Below are positions 45,499 to 55,322 of a stretch of DNA of 64,000 bases, piece after piece; position 1 is the stretch's first letter; each line of letters begins with the position of its first letter. This DNA is from Betaproteobacteria bacterium (lineage in GTDB: Bacteria; Pseudomonadota; Gammaproteobacteria; Burkholderiales; Ferrovaceae). Under the pieces are notes generated by a model that searched no databases, was not told the origin of the DNA, and saw only the letters and a list, made by a program, of their open reading frames with translations. The DNA lies in contig JAGWTQ010000001.1 in the NCBI GenBank assembly GCA_028868905.1, positions 684 to 64,683 on the forward strand, in the 5' to 3' direction. Both the position numbers and the translations under genes were made by a program.

Positions 45499-46673
45499 GG
45501 ACCCTGTTCTGGTTCCTCACGCTGTTCGCCCTGGCCACGGCCGTGGCCCTGGCTGTCGGGCTGAACACGGGCTACGTGCTCATCGTCGTGGCTCCCTGGC
45601 GCATCGAAGTCTCGCTGGCCGTTTTCGTCATCGGCCTGGTGCTGGGATGCCTGGGGCTTTATGCGTTGTCGCGACTGGTCATCACCACGCTGAGCCTGCC
45701 CAGCCGGGTCCAGGCGTACCGGCTGCGCCGCTCCCGCAACCGGGCACGAAGCGCCCTCTACCAAAGTCTCACAGCCTACTTTGAAGGCAATTTCAGAAAA
45801 GCCGAGCGCCAGGCTGAAGTGGCCCTGGAAAGCGAAGAATCATCGGCACTGAGCGCCGTCATCGCCGCCCGGGCCGCCCACGAACAACGCCGCTTTGAAG
45901 CACGCGACCGCTACCTCGACAAGGCCGCCACCCTCGGCCCGGAAACCCGGTTGCTTCACCTGACCACGCGGGCTGACCTGCTGCTGGACGAACGTCGCTA
46001 CACGGAAGCACTCGAACTGCTGCGTGAAGCGCACCGCGTCGCCCCCAAGCAGGTGCGCGCACACCAGCTGCTGCTCAAGGCGCAGGTCGCGACGGGCGCC
46101 TGGAAACCGGCTCTGGAAACGGTGGATTTGCTGGAACATCTTTCGGGCATTGATACCGTGCAGGCCCACCGGGTCCGCCGCAACGCCTGGCAGCAGCTGC
46201 TGAGACACAGCGCCCATCACAAGGAAGAGCTGCTGGCCGTGTGGCGCAGCATTCCCTCGGCCACCCGTTCAGACAACGTCCTGGCTCACAGTGCCGCGGG
46301 ATACCTGATCGACCTGGGACTGCACAAGGAAGCCCAGGCCATCATCGAGCGCAACCTGGAAAAGGAATGGGACGCCTCTCTCGTGGCGCTTTACGGGGAA
46401 TGCGAAGGGGATTCCACCCTGACCCAGATCGAAAAAGCCGAAAGGTGGCTGCGCGATCATCCGGACAATGCCGTTCTGCTCCTGACCCTGGCCAAGCTGT
46501 GCATGCGTCAATCGCTCTGGGGCAAAGCACAAAGCTACCTCGACGCCAGCCTGTTCATTGAACATTCAAGGGAAGGACAGCACCTGAAAACCCAGCTCTC
46601 GGAAAAAATTGGCGAAGCCCGGGTCAGCCCGCGCCAGCACCCCGATCTGGGTCCGGAGTACGGCGCCGTCTGA
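45495..46673 (+). CDS. hemY: HemY N-terminal-domain / TPR membrane protein
   Basis: Two N-terminal TM helices and TPR-like repeats. 4-nt overlap with hemX. Confidence 0.8.
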   Translation: MRTLFWFLTLFALATAVALAVGLNTGYVLIVVAPWRIEVSLAVFVIGLVLGCLGLYALSRLVITTLSLPSRVQAYRLRRSRNRARSALYQSLTAYFEGNFRKAERQAEVALESEESSALSAVIAARAAHEQRRFEARDRYLDKAATLGPETRLLHLTTRADLLLDERRYTEALELLREAHRVAPKQVRAHQLLLKAQVATGAWKPALETVDLLEHLSGIDTVQAHRVRRNAWQQLLRHSAHHKEELLAVWRSIPSATRSDNVLAHSAAGYLIDLGLHKEAQAIIERNLEKEWDASLVALYGECEGDSTLTQIEKAERWLRDHPDNAVLLLTLAKLCMRQSLWGKAQSYLDASLFIEHSREGQHLKTQLSEKIGEARVSPRQHPDLGPEYGAV

Positions 46674-46685
46674 TGCCTCTTCCGC

Positions 46686-47723
46686 TCAGGAAGCGGACTG
46701 CTGGCTCTTGTCTACGGAAGGGGTAAAGGGGTCGGAATAGAATTCGGACTCAGGCAGTCCGCGCGTCTGGGTAAACGCCTTGAACCCGGCCTCCACCATG
46801 CGCGGCGCTCCGCAGGCATAAACCTGGTAGCCCGAAAGATCCTTGAAATCATCCAGAATCGCCTGGTGCACCAGCCCGGTGCGGCCGGTCCAGCCGTCTT
46901 CCGGCGCGGGGTCCGACAGGACCGGAATGAATGTGAACTGCCCGTCCCCCGATTGCCAGCCGGCCGCCAGATCGCCCATGTACAGGTCTGCGCGGCTGCG
47001 AACGCCCCAGTACAACACCATGGGGCGGATGATTCCGCGCTGGCGGGCGCATTCGATCATGCCTTTGATGGGGGCAAAACCTGTGGCGCCGGCCATGAAG
47101 ATGATCGGCTTGTCCGAATCCTCGCGCAGAAAAAAGGTGCCCAGCGGCCCTTCAAAACGCAAAATGGCCCGTTCCTTCAATTCGTTGAACACGAACTCCG
47201 AAAAACTGCCGCCCGGGTAGTGGCGTATGTGCAGTTCCAGGAACCCTTTGTCCTGGGGCGCATTGGCCAGGGAAAAGCTGCGTCGCTTGCCCTCCTTGAG
47301 CAGGAAGTCGATGTACTGTCCGGCCAGAAACTCGAATTTTTCATTGGCCGGCAGCTTGAGCTTGAGCACGACCACATCGTGATTGGGACGCTCGATGGAC
47401 TCCACCCGGCAGGGCAGCTTCCTGATCTGGATGTCCTTCATGCCGGCCACTTCGCGCGCTTCGATCACGAGATCCTCGAGCGGCTTGGCACAGCAAAAAA
47501 GCGCCTTGCCTTCGGCGATTTCTCCGGGGCTGAGGGCAGAAGGCTGGTAGTCTCCATAATCCACGGTGCCGCTGACCACTCGCCCTTTGCAGCTGCCGCA
47601 AGCACCGCTGCGGCAGCCAAACGGCAGGCCATAGCCTTCGCGTTGGGCCGCTTGAAGAATGGTTTCCCCGGGTTCGACCTGGAACTGGTGCCCGCTGGGC
47701 TGAATTGTCACGCGTACTGACAT
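46686..47723 (-). CDS. 2Fe-2S ferredoxin fused to FAD/NAD(P)-binding reductase (CDP-6-deoxy-delta-3,4-glucoseen reductase-like, FNR family)
   Basis: Plant-type ferredoxin motif CRSGACGSCKGRV...C, the FNR RSFSLAN flavin motif, and GATGFAP NAD(P) motif. Confidence 0.85.
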   Translation of the reverse strand: MSVRVTIQPSGHQFQVEPGETILQAAQREGYGLPFGCRSGACGSCKGRVVSGTVDYGDYQPSALSPGEIAEGKALFCCAKPLEDLVIEAREVAGMKDIQIRKLPCRVESIERPNHDVVVLKLKLPANEKFEFLAGQYIDFLLKEGKRRSFSLANAPQDKGFLELHIRHYPGGSFSEFVFNELKERAILRFEGPLGTFFLREDSDKPIIFMAGATGFAPIKGMIECARQRGIIRPMVLYWGVRSRADLYMGDLAAGWQSGDGQFTFIPVLSDPAPEDGWTGRTGLVHQAILDDFKDLSGYQVYACGAPRMVEAGFKAFTQTRGLPESEFYSDPFTPSVDKSQQSAS

Positions 47724-47755
47724 GGAGTTTCCTGAATGGCTGCTAGAATCAAACG

Positions 47756-48655
47756 ATGCAACGCTGGTTAATCATCGGTTCGGGCGACGTCGCCAGGCGC
47801 ATGGTGCCCCTGATGCGGGTTGCACCAAAGCTGTTCGCCTTGTGTCGGGACCATGCCAGCGCTGCGCGCTGGCGATCGCTGGGGGCCACCCCCCTGATGG
47901 GTGACCTGGACCAACCGGGCACCCTCGGACGTCTGTCCGGGCTGGCCCACGTGGTTTTCCATTTCGCCCCTCCAGCCCCGGACCGTGCGGGGGACCCCCG
48001 GACAAAACACCTGATCGCGGCACTGGAGCGGGGTGCAAGTCTACCACACACGCTGGTCTACATCAGTACCACCGGGGTTTACGGGGACTGCCGGGGCGCT
48101 CTGGTGGACGAATGCAGTCCGGTCCGACCCGGTACCGCCCGGGCAACCCGTCGGGTGGAAGCCGAAACCCTGTTGCGGGCATTTGCCGTACGCTCGGGTT
48201 GCCACGTCAGCATTCTCCGGGCTCCCGGCATTTATGCCGAAGACCGGCTCCCCCTGGAGCGGTTGAAACGCCAGGACCCCCTGCCCGAACTTCTGTCGGA
48301 TCCCTGGACCAACCACATCCACGCCCAAGACCTGGCCCAGGCCGCGCTGGACGCCGCCCATCGGACCCGCCCCAGCCGGGTCTACAACGTGGTGGACGAC
48401 TCCCGGCTGCGCATGGGCGAGTTTTACGAAAGCCTGGCCCGGCATTTCCGCCTGCCACTCCCCTCCCGCTTGCCTCTGGACGAAGTTCGGCGAAAAATAA
48501 GCGAAATTAGCTGGAGTTTTATGGCCGAATCCCGTCAAGTTTCCAATGCCAGAATCAAGCGTGAATTTGGAAGAGCGTGGTACTATCCGTCGGTGGATCA
48601 TTTTCTGAAGGGATTTTCCTTCGAAAAGGCAATGGATTCTGGCAGCAATCGGTAG
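47756..48655 (+). CDS. NAD(P)-binding Rossmann-fold protein (SDR/epimerase-like)
   Basis: N-terminal LIIGSGDVA dinucleotide-binding turn, extended-SDR length, and a YIS[TS]TGVYG block. Confidence 0.7.
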   Translation: MQRWLIIGSGDVARRMVPLMRVAPKLFALCRDHASAARWRSLGATPLMGDLDQPGTLGRLSGLAHVVFHFAPPAPDRAGDPRTKHLIAALERGASLPHTLVYISTTGVYGDCRGALVDECSPVRPGTARATRRVEAETLLRAFAVRSGCHVSILRAPGIYAEDRLPLERLKRQDPLPELLSDPWTNHIHAQDLAQAALDAAHRTRPSRVYNVVDDSRLRMGEFYESLARHFRLPLPSRLPLDEVRRKISEISWSFMAESRQVSNARIKREFGRAWYYPSVDHFLKGFSFEKAMDSGSNR

Positions 48656-48710
48656 CGATCTTCGTTAAAAAGCTGGACAACTCCTTCGAATGTGAGTGAA
48701 AATCCCGTCC

Positions 48711-49145
48711 ATGCAAACTATCCTGGTCCTGCACGGACCCAACCTGAATCTCCTTGGCATGCGCGAGCCCGGCATCTACGGGGCGACGACGCTCGACGAG
48801 ATCGACCAGCGTCTGCGTGAATGCGGTTCAGGGCGGGGCGCTTCGGTCACCTCGTTCCAGAGCAACTGGGAAGGCGCCCTGATCGACCGCATCCATGCAG
48901 CACGCCAGGATGGCACCGAAGGCCTGATCGTCAATCCAGGTGGGCTGACCCATACCAGCGTGTCCCTGCGGGACGCCCTGGCTGCGGCTGCCCTGCCTTT
49001 TATCGAAGTACATCTGTCGAATGTCTATGCCCGCGAACCGTTCCGCCAGGTTTCGTACCTTTCCCCGATCGCGCTCGGCGTGATCAGCGGCCTGGGTGCG
49101 CGCGGCTATGAATTGGCACTCGACTACCTGCTTGACAAGGGTTAA
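48711..49145 (+). CDS. aroQ: Type II 3-dehydroquinate dehydratase
   Basis: [48 protein letters not shown]. Confidence 0.93.
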   Translation: MQTILVLHGPNLNLLGMREPGIYGATTLDEIDQRLRECGSGRGASVTSFQSNWEGALIDRIHAARQDGTEGLIVNPGGLTHTSVSLRDALAAAALPFIEVHLSNVYAREPFRQVSYLSPIALGVISGLGARGYELALDYLLDKG

Positions 49146-49148
49146 GTC

Positions 49149-49610
49149 ATGGATTTGAGAAAACTTAAAAAACTCATCGACCTGGTGGAAGAGTCCGGCA
49201 TTGCCGAACTGGAAATCACCGAGGGCGAGGAAAAGGTCCGGATTGCCAAGGCGGGAAGCGGTCATGCCTATGTGACGGCCCATCCTGGCCATTACGCATT
49301 GCCGCCTCAGGCCGCGGCTGCTCCCGTGGCACCCGTGGTCAGCGCGGAAGCCCCGCCCGCCGAAGAAGAGGGGCATGTGGTGAAGTCGCCCATGGTCGGC
49401 ACGTTCTACCGTTCCCCCTCTCCCGGCTCCCCGCCGTTCGTGGAACTGGGACAAAGCATCACCGAAGGGCAGACGCTGTGCATCATTGAAGCCATGAAGC
49501 TGCTCAACGAAATCGAGTCCGACGTGTCCGGCACCGTCAAACGGATTCTGGTGGAAAACGGCCAACCCATCGAGTACGGCCAGCCCCTTTTCATCATCGC
49601 TTCCGCTTAA
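49149..49610 (+). CDS. accB: Acetyl-CoA carboxylase biotin carboxyl carrier protein
   Basis: Ala/Pro linker and the biotinylation motif [12 protein letters not shown]. Confidence 0.95.
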   Translation: MDLRKLKKLIDLVEESGIAELEITEGEEKVRIAKAGSGHAYVTAHPGHYALPPQAAAAPVAPVVSAEAPPAEEEGHVVKSPMVGTFYRSPSPGSPPFVELGQSITEGQTLCIIEAMKLLNEIESDVSGTVKRILVENGQPIEYGQPLFIIASA

Positions 49611-49625
49611 GCGAACGATTCCGCC

Positions 49626-50984
49626 ATGTTTGAAAAAATCCTGATCGCCAACCGCGGCGAAATCGCCCTGCGGGTCCTGCGTGCCTGCCGCGAACTGGGC
49701 ATCAAAACGGTGGCTGTGCATTCCGAAGCCGATGCCGATGCCAAGTACGTGGTTCTGGCCGATGAATCGGTCTGTATCGGCCCCCCGGCATCCCAGAACA
49801 GCTATCTCAACATTCCGGCCATCATTTCCGCCGCCGAAGTGACTGGCGCCGAAGCCATCCACCCCGGTTACGGATTCCTGTCCGAAAACGCAGACTTTGC
49901 CGAACGGGTTGAAAACAGCGGATTCGTATTCATCGGCCCGCGCGCTGAAACCATCCGCCTCATGGGCGACAAAATCAGCGCCAAATCGACCATGAAAGCG
50001 GCCGGCGTTCCGGTGGTGCCCGGCTCCGAAGGCCAACTGCCACAAGACCCCAAGGACCTCAAGAAACTCGCGGAAAGCATCGGCTACCCGGTGCTGATCA
50101 AAGCGGCAGCCGGCGGCGGCGGACGCGGCATGCGCGTGGTCGAACGCGAGGAAGACCTGCTGGGCTTCCTGGACCTGACCCGCAGCGAAGCCCGCAACGC
50201 CTTTGGCAACGACACCGTGTACATGGAAAAGTACCTGGGGCAGCCGCGCCACATCGAGATCCAGGTCCTTTCCGACGAACACGGCAATGCGGTCTATCTG
50301 GGCGAGCGGGACTGCTCCATGCAGCGCCGTCATCAGAAAATCATCGAAGAAGCACCGGCCCCCGGCATTTCCGACAAGCTCCGGCAGAAAATCGGGGAAA
50401 GCTGCGTGGCGGCCTGCAAGCGCATCAAATACCGGGGAGCCGGCACTTTCGAATTCCTGTACGAAAACGGGGAGTTCTACTTCATTGAAATGAACACCCG
50501 CGTGCAGGTGGAACACCCGGTCACGGAACTCATTACCGGCATCGACATCGTCCAGGAGCAGATCCGCATTGCAGCTGGCGAAAAGCTGTCCTTCCGCCAG
50601 AAGGACATCGTCCTGCGCGGGCATGCGTTGGAATGCCGGATCAATGCGGAAGACCCGTTCACTTTTGCCCCTTCCCCCGGTCGCATCACGCAGTACCATG
50701 CGCCTGGCGGCCCCGGAACGCGCGTCGATTCCCACATTTACCACAATTACTTCGTGCCCCCTTACTACGACTCGCTGATTGCCAAGGTGCTCACCCATGG
50801 CGCCACGCGCGACCAGGCGATTGCCCGCATGCGCATCGCACTGTCGGAAATGGTGGTGGAAGGCATCAAGACCAACATTCCCCTGCACCAGCAGTTGCTT
50901 CAGGACAAGGCTTTCGTGGCGGGTGCAACCAGCATTCACTACCTTGAAGAAAAGCTCGCACGGGACAAGGCCAAGTCGTCCTGA
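49626..50984 (+). CDS. accC: Acetyl-CoA carboxylase biotin carboxylase subunit
   Basis: [41 protein letters not shown]. Confidence 0.97.
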   Translation: MFEKILIANRGEIALRVLRACRELGIKTVAVHSEADADAKYVVLADESVCIGPPASQNSYLNIPAIISAAEVTGAEAIHPGYGFLSENADFAERVENSGFVFIGPRAETIRLMGDKISAKSTMKAAGVPVVPGSEGQLPQDPKDLKKLAESIGYPVLIKAAAGGGGRGMRVVEREEDLLGFLDLTRSEARNAFGNDTVYMEKYLGQPRHIEIQVLSDEHGNAVYLGERDCSMQRRHQKIIEEAPAPGISDKLRQKIGESCVAACKRIKYRGAGTFEFLYENGEFYFIEMNTRVQVEHPVTELITGIDIVQEQIRIAAGEKLSFRQKDIVLRGHALECRINAEDPFTFAPSPGRITQYHAPGGPGTRVDSHIYHNYFVPPYYDSLIAKVLTHGATRDQAIARMRIALSEMVVEGIKTNIPLHQQLLQDKAFVAGATSIHYLEEKLARDKAKSS

Positions 50985-51878
50985 ATGTCCTGGGTGCGCC
51001 TGATTGCCGAAGTCAGCGACTACCAGGCCGAAGCCCTGTCGGACGCGCTGCTGGGCTGCGGCGCCTTGTCGGCCAGCATCGAGCAGAACCTGGGGTCCGG
51101 ACGTTCCGAAACGGAAGTGTTCGGGGAGCCGGGGGAACCTCCGCCGGCGCTCTGGCCGGAATGCCTGGTGGATGCCCTGCTTCCTGCCGGGTCAGACCCC
51201 CACGCCGTCATGCAAGCAGCCTGCCTCCACGCCGGCTTCACCGAAATTCCAGCCTACCAAAGCGATACCGTGGCCGACCAGGACTGGGTCAGTCTCACCC
51301 AGCGCCAGTTTGACCCCATCCCTGCGGCGCCAGGACTTTGGATTGTTCCCACCTGGCACGAACCTCCCGACCCTTCGGCACTCAACATCCGCCTGGATCC
51401 GGGACAGGCTTTCGGGACAGGCAGCCACCCCACCACCCGCCTTTGCCTGCAACAGCTGGTCAGGGAAGCGCCTCGCGGCCAGCATATCCTGGACTATGGC
51501 TGCGGTTCCGGCATCCTGGCCATCGCAGCCCGCCTGCTGGGTGCCCGGCAGGTTGCAGGAGTGGACATCGACCCTGCCGCCATCGCCACTGCGCGTGCCA
51601 ATGCACAGCGCAACGGCGTCGAAGCGGAATTCTTCCTGCCCGATGTGCTGGCGCCTTGCGCGCAGTTCGATGGCGTGGTGGCCAATATCCTGGCATCCCC
51701 GCTTGTGGTTCTGGCCCCCTTGCTGCTGGCCTACCTCAAGCCCGGCGGCTGGATTGCCCTCTCGGGCATCCTTGAAAGACAGGCCGACCAGGTCATCGCC
51801 GCCTATCAGCCCGGCTGCCGCCTGGCAGTCACGGCCCAGGCGGAAGGCTGGGTCTGCCTTTCCGGCCAAAAAGGATAA
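50985..51878 (+). CDS. prmA: Ribosomal protein L11 methyltransferase
   Basis: FGTGSHPTTRLCL and the SAM motif LDYGCGSGILAI. Conserved accBC-prmA order. Confidence 0.9.
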   Translation: MSWVRLIAEVSDYQAEALSDALLGCGALSASIEQNLGSGRSETEVFGEPGEPPPALWPECLVDALLPAGSDPHAVMQAACLHAGFTEIPAYQSDTVADQDWVSLTQRQFDPIPAAPGLWIVPTWHEPPDPSALNIRLDPGQAFGTGSHPTTRLCLQQLVREAPRGQHILDYGCGSGILAIAARLLGARQVAGVDIDPAAIATARANAQRNGVEAEFFLPDVLAPCAQFDGVVANILASPLVVLAPLLLAYLKPGGWIALSGILERQADQVIAAYQPGCRLAVTAQAEGWVCLSGQKG

Positions 51879-51910
51879 GCTATACTGCTGCAAGAAATAA
51901 GGATGGCCCC

Positions 51911-52297
51911 ATGTCCGAACCCGAAGATCGACGCTATTCCCCAACGCACCAATGGGCGCGCCCCAACCCTGACGGAACGATTGCCGTTGGCATCACCGAT
52001 TTCGCGCAATCCCAGCTGGGCGACGTCATGTTCATCCAGCTGCCCGAAGTCGGGCGCGAGGTGACGGCGGGCGAAGCCTGCGCCCTGGTGGAATCCGTCA
52101 AATCGGCCTCGGACGTGCATGCCCCGGTTTCCGGCACCATTGCCGCAATCAACGAAACGCTTCCCGACAGCGCCGAATCGCTCAACGCGGATCCGTACGG
52201 CAGCTGGCTTTTCACACTGCACCCAAAAACAACACACGACTACGAAGCGCTCATGTCTGCAGCGCAATACCACTCGTTCATCGATCAGGAGACTTGA
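51911..52297 (+). CDS. Glycine-cleavage H-protein family lipoyl carrier (no gcvT or gcvP in the window)
   Basis: YSPTHQWAR..., and the lipoyl-lysine motif LVESVKSASDVHAPVSG. Confidence 0.85.
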   Translation: MSEPEDRRYSPTHQWARPNPDGTIAVGITDFAQSQLGDVMFIQLPEVGREVTAGEACALVESVKSASDVHAPVSGTIAAINETLPDSAESLNADPYGSWLFTLHPKTTHDYEALMSAAQYHSFIDQET

Positions 52298-52798
52298 ATG
52301 TCCAACGTCACGCTCGCAGGAAAACCCATTGCCGTTGCCGGCAGCTTCCCCAAACCCGGCGCCACTGCCCCTGACTTTTCCCTGACCGGCAAGGATCTTG
52401 CCGACTGCACCCTGGCCACTTACGCCGGCAAGCGCAAGATCCTCAATATCGTGCCGAGCCTGGACACCCCCACCTGTGCCACTTCGACGCGCAAATTCAA
52501 CGAAAAGGCCGGCAACATTGCCAACACCGTGGTGCTTGTCGTTTCCGCCGACCTGCCGTTTGCCATGTCCCGCTTCTGCTCCGCCGAAGGCCTGAATCAC
52601 GTGGTTTCCCTGTCCACTTTTCGCGACCACGCCTTCCACGAGCGCTACGGGGTGGACATCACCGACGGCCCCCTGCGCGGCCTGACGGCCCGTGCCGTGG
52701 TGGTGCTGGACGAGAACAACCGCGTGCTCCATTCCCAGCTGGTCCCTGAAATCAAGCAGGAGCCGGATTACGAAGCAGCTCTTTCTGCGCTCGGCTGA
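52298..52798 (+). CDS. tpx: Thiol peroxidase (atypical 2-Cys peroxiredoxin Tpx)
   Basis: [16 protein letters not shown] peroxidatic Cys motif and the resolving Cys in [12 protein letters not shown]. Confidence 0.92.
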   Translation: MSNVTLAGKPIAVAGSFPKPGATAPDFSLTGKDLADCTLATYAGKRKILNIVPSLDTPTCATSTRKFNEKAGNIANTVVLVVSADLPFAMSRFCSAEGLNHVVSLSTFRDHAFHERYGVDITDGPLRGLTARAVVVLDENNRVLHSQLVPEIKQEPDYEAALSALG

Positions 52799-53733
52799 TG
52801 AAAACCCTGATTTGCGGCTCCCTGGCCTACGACACCATCATGGTGTTCGGGGACCGGTTTCAGAACCACATCCTTCCCGAAAAAATCCATATTCTGAGCG
52901 TCGCGTTCCTGGTTCCTGAAATGCGGCGCGAATATGGAGGGACTGCCGGCAACATCGCCTACAACCTGAAGTTGCTGGGCGGAGACCCTTTGATCATGGC
53001 CACGGTCGGACACGACTTTTCCGATTACCGGCAACGTCTGGACCAGCTCGACATTCCCCAGGCCCATATTCGGGAAGTGGAAGGAACCTACACGGCCCAG
53101 GCGTTCATCACCACCGACCTGGACGACAACCAGATCACGGCATTCCATCCGGGAGCCATGAACCATGCCCACCTGAATCAGGTGTCCGATGCCCCAGCCA
53201 TCCAGTTTGGCATCGTGTCTCCCGATGGCCGGGAAGGCATGCTGCAGCATGCCCGTCAGTTCCAGCAGGCCGGCATTCCTTTCCTGTTCGACCCCGGGCA
53301 GGGGCTGCCCATGTTCACGGGAGCCGAACTGCTCGAATTTCTGGACCTGGCCACCTACCTGGCCGTCAACGACTATGAAGCACAGCTTTTGGCGGAAAAG
53401 ACGGGGCTGGATTTCGATGCGTTGGCCGCCCGGGTGGATGCCGCGGTCGTCACGAAGGGAGGGGAGGGGTCCATCATCCACACTGGCGACGATTTGATCC
53501 ACATCCCCGCCGTGCGCCCCGAAGCCGTGGAAGACCCCACCGGTTGCGGCGATGCCTACCGGGCCGGCCTGATCTACGGCATCTCCAAAGGATGGCCCTG
53601 GGCCCAAACCGGCCGCCTGGCTTCGCTCATGGGCGCCATCAAGATCGCCCACCGCGGGGCGCAAAACCATCGCCCCTCGCGGGACGAAATCGCCACCCGC
53701 TTTGAACAGGCCTTCGGAATACCACTGGACTGA
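52798..53733 (+). CDS. PfkB-family carbohydrate/nucleoside kinase
   Basis: GGTAGNIAYNLKLLG N-terminal motif and the C-terminal DPTGCGDAYRAG anion-hole motif. TGATG 1-nt overlap with tpx. Confidence 0.8.
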   Translation: MKTLICGSLAYDTIMVFGDRFQNHILPEKIHILSVAFLVPEMRREYGGTAGNIAYNLKLLGGDPLIMATVGHDFSDYRQRLDQLDIPQAHIREVEGTYTAQAFITTDLDDNQITAFHPGAMNHAHLNQVSDAPAIQFGIVSPDGREGMLQHARQFQQAGIPFLFDPGQGLPMFTGAELLEFLDLATYLAVNDYEAQLLAEKTGLDFDALAARVDAAVVTKGGEGSIIHTGDDLIHIPAVRPEAVEDPTGCGDAYRAGLIYGISKGWPWAQTGRLASLMGAIKIAHRGAQNHRPSRDEIATRFEQAFGIPLD

Positions 53734-54554
53734 TGAAGCAACGCATCGTCCTGACGATCCGGAGCGTGCGTCTGCTGTTGCATGTGGTTCGGGGGGTCGC
53801 CACGACGGCGGTCATTCTGCCCTGGAGCGGCCGCAAGCTTCGTGACCGGCTGATACAAAACTGGGCGACGGACCTGATGCGCCTGCTGCGCGTTACGGTA
53901 CGTCTTCAGGGCGAGCTTCCCGAAGCCGAGCGCTTCCCGGTGGTGCTGACGGCGAACCACATTTCCTGGGTGGATATTTTTGCCATCCACTCGGTTTATC
54001 CCGTGCGTTTTGTGTCCAAGGCCGAAGTACGCCGCTGGCCCGTTTTCGGATGGCTTGCCGCCAAAACGGGAACGTTGTTCCTGATGCGCAGTTCGCGCAA
54101 GCAAACGGCGGCCATCGGCCAGGAAATGGAAGATGTGCTCACAACTGGCGACAGCCTGGGGCTGTTTCCGGAATCAACCACCTCGGACGGCACGAGCATC
54201 CTGCCTTTCCGCACCTCCCTGCTGCAGGCCGCCGTCAACCGGGAAACGGCCTTTCTGCCTGTGGCCTTGCAATACCGCCTGGAAGGCGGGGAATACAATC
54301 CCCATGTCCCGTTCATTGGCGACATGTCTTTTGCGCATTCGCTCGCCCGCGTACTGGCTGCACCGCCTTCCTTCGTGCAAATACGCATCGGCACACTTGT
54401 CATGCCGGCAGGGCGACATCGCAGGGACCTCGCACTGCATCTGGAGCAGATCACTGCATCGCTGCTCAGCGCCGAGCTGTCCCGCCTCCATGATGCGAGC
54501 GCGTTTCGCACGGAACCTGAAACAGGGCACGATCTTCCAGCCGCACCGCAGTGA
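53733..54554 (+). CDS. Lysophospholipid (1-acyl-sn-glycerol-3-phosphate-type) acyltransferase
   Basis: HX4D motif (ANHISWVDIF) and FPESTTSDG block III. TGATG overlap with the preceding kinase gene. Confidence 0.8.
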   Translation: MKQRIVLTIRSVRLLLHVVRGVATTAVILPWSGRKLRDRLIQNWATDLMRLLRVTVRLQGELPEAERFPVVLTANHISWVDIFAIHSVYPVRFVSKAEVRRWPVFGWLAAKTGTLFLMRSSRKQTAAIGQEMEDVLTTGDSLGLFPESTTSDGTSILPFRTSLLQAAVNRETAFLPVALQYRLEGGEYNPHVPFIGDMSFAHSLARVLAAPPSFVQIRIGTLVMPAGRHRRDLALHLEQITASLLSAELSRLHDASAFRTEPETGHDLPAAPQ

Positions 54555-55302
54555 GCTTTCCGCCCCAGAGACATCCGGTATCCAAAGCCAGCACGTCGGA
54601 TTCAAGATGCAGCCCCAGGGCTGACCAATGTCCGAAAACAATGGATTCTCCGGCAGAACGACGACCAGGCACTTCAAACCAGGGCATGTAGCCCGCAGGA
54701 ATGTCCCCCGGTTCGCCTTTGTGCGTAAACTCCATGGCACCATCCAGCGTGCAGATGCGCAGCCGGGTGAGCGCATTGGTAATGAGTCGCAGCCGGTCCA
54801 TGCCGGTCAGCGATTCAGACCACTGAAACGGCCGGTTGCCATACATGCTCCTGAGAAAGTTCCGGTAATCCGGAGAACGCAACGCCGACTCCACTTCGCC
54901 AGCCAGCGCCAGTGCCCGGGATACGTCCCACTGGGGGAGCAACCCGGCATGCACCAGTGCAACCCCTTGTTCCACGTGCATCATCGGACGGTGGCGCAAC
55001 CAGGCGAGGAGTTCTCCGCAATCCGGCGCTTGCAGGATGGCATCCAGGGTGTCTCCCTCGTAATTGCGCGCATAGCCTTCAGCCACGCACAGGAGATGCA
55101 GGTCGTGATTTCCCAGCACGGTCAGGGCACGCGGACCCAGTTGCTTCACGAAACGCAGCGTTTCCAGGGATTGCGGGCCACGGTTGACGAGATCTCCCAC
55201 AAACCACAGCCGGTCTCGTTGCCAGTCGATGGGAAGACGGTTGATGAGCGCTTCCAGGGGAGCCAGACATCCCTGAAGGTCACCTATGGCATAGATGCTC
55301 AT
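54466..55302 (-). CDS. apaH: Symmetrical bis(5'-nucleosyl)-tetraphosphatase
   Basis: MSIYAIGDLQGC, GDLVNRGP, GNHD and GHW metallophosphoesterase motifs. Length and tail are comparable to enterobacterial ApaH. Confidence 0.92.
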   Translation of the reverse strand: MSIYAIGDLQGCLAPLEALINRLPIDWQRDRLWFVGDLVNRGPQSLETLRFVKQLGPRALTVLGNHDLHLLCVAEGYARNYEGDTLDAILQAPDCGELLAWLRHRPMMHVEQGVALVHAGLLPQWDVSRALALAGEVESALRSPDYRNFLRSMYGNRPFQWSESLTGMDRLRLITNALTRLRICTLDGAMEFTHKGEPGDIPAGYMPWFEVPGRRSAGESIVFGHWSALGLHLESDVLALDTGCLWGGKLTAVRLEDRALFQVPCETRSHHGGGTARR

Positions 55303-55322
55303 TTAAAAACGGGGCGGCGCTC

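Noticed and set aside
46678-46700. Short hairpin (TCCGCT-CAGGA-AGCGGA) between hemY and the reductase gene as a bidirectional terminator
   Set aside because: The stem is only 6 bp, it overlaps the reductase stop codon, and there is no U-tract on either side. This is too weak to call.
48828-50939. 703-aa ORF on the minus strand
   Set aside because: It is exactly antisense to accB and accC, which have unmistakable conserved motifs. The translation is low-complexity, rich in Arg, Gly, Ala and His, and has no recognisable domain. This is typical of a shadow ORF in GC-rich DNA.
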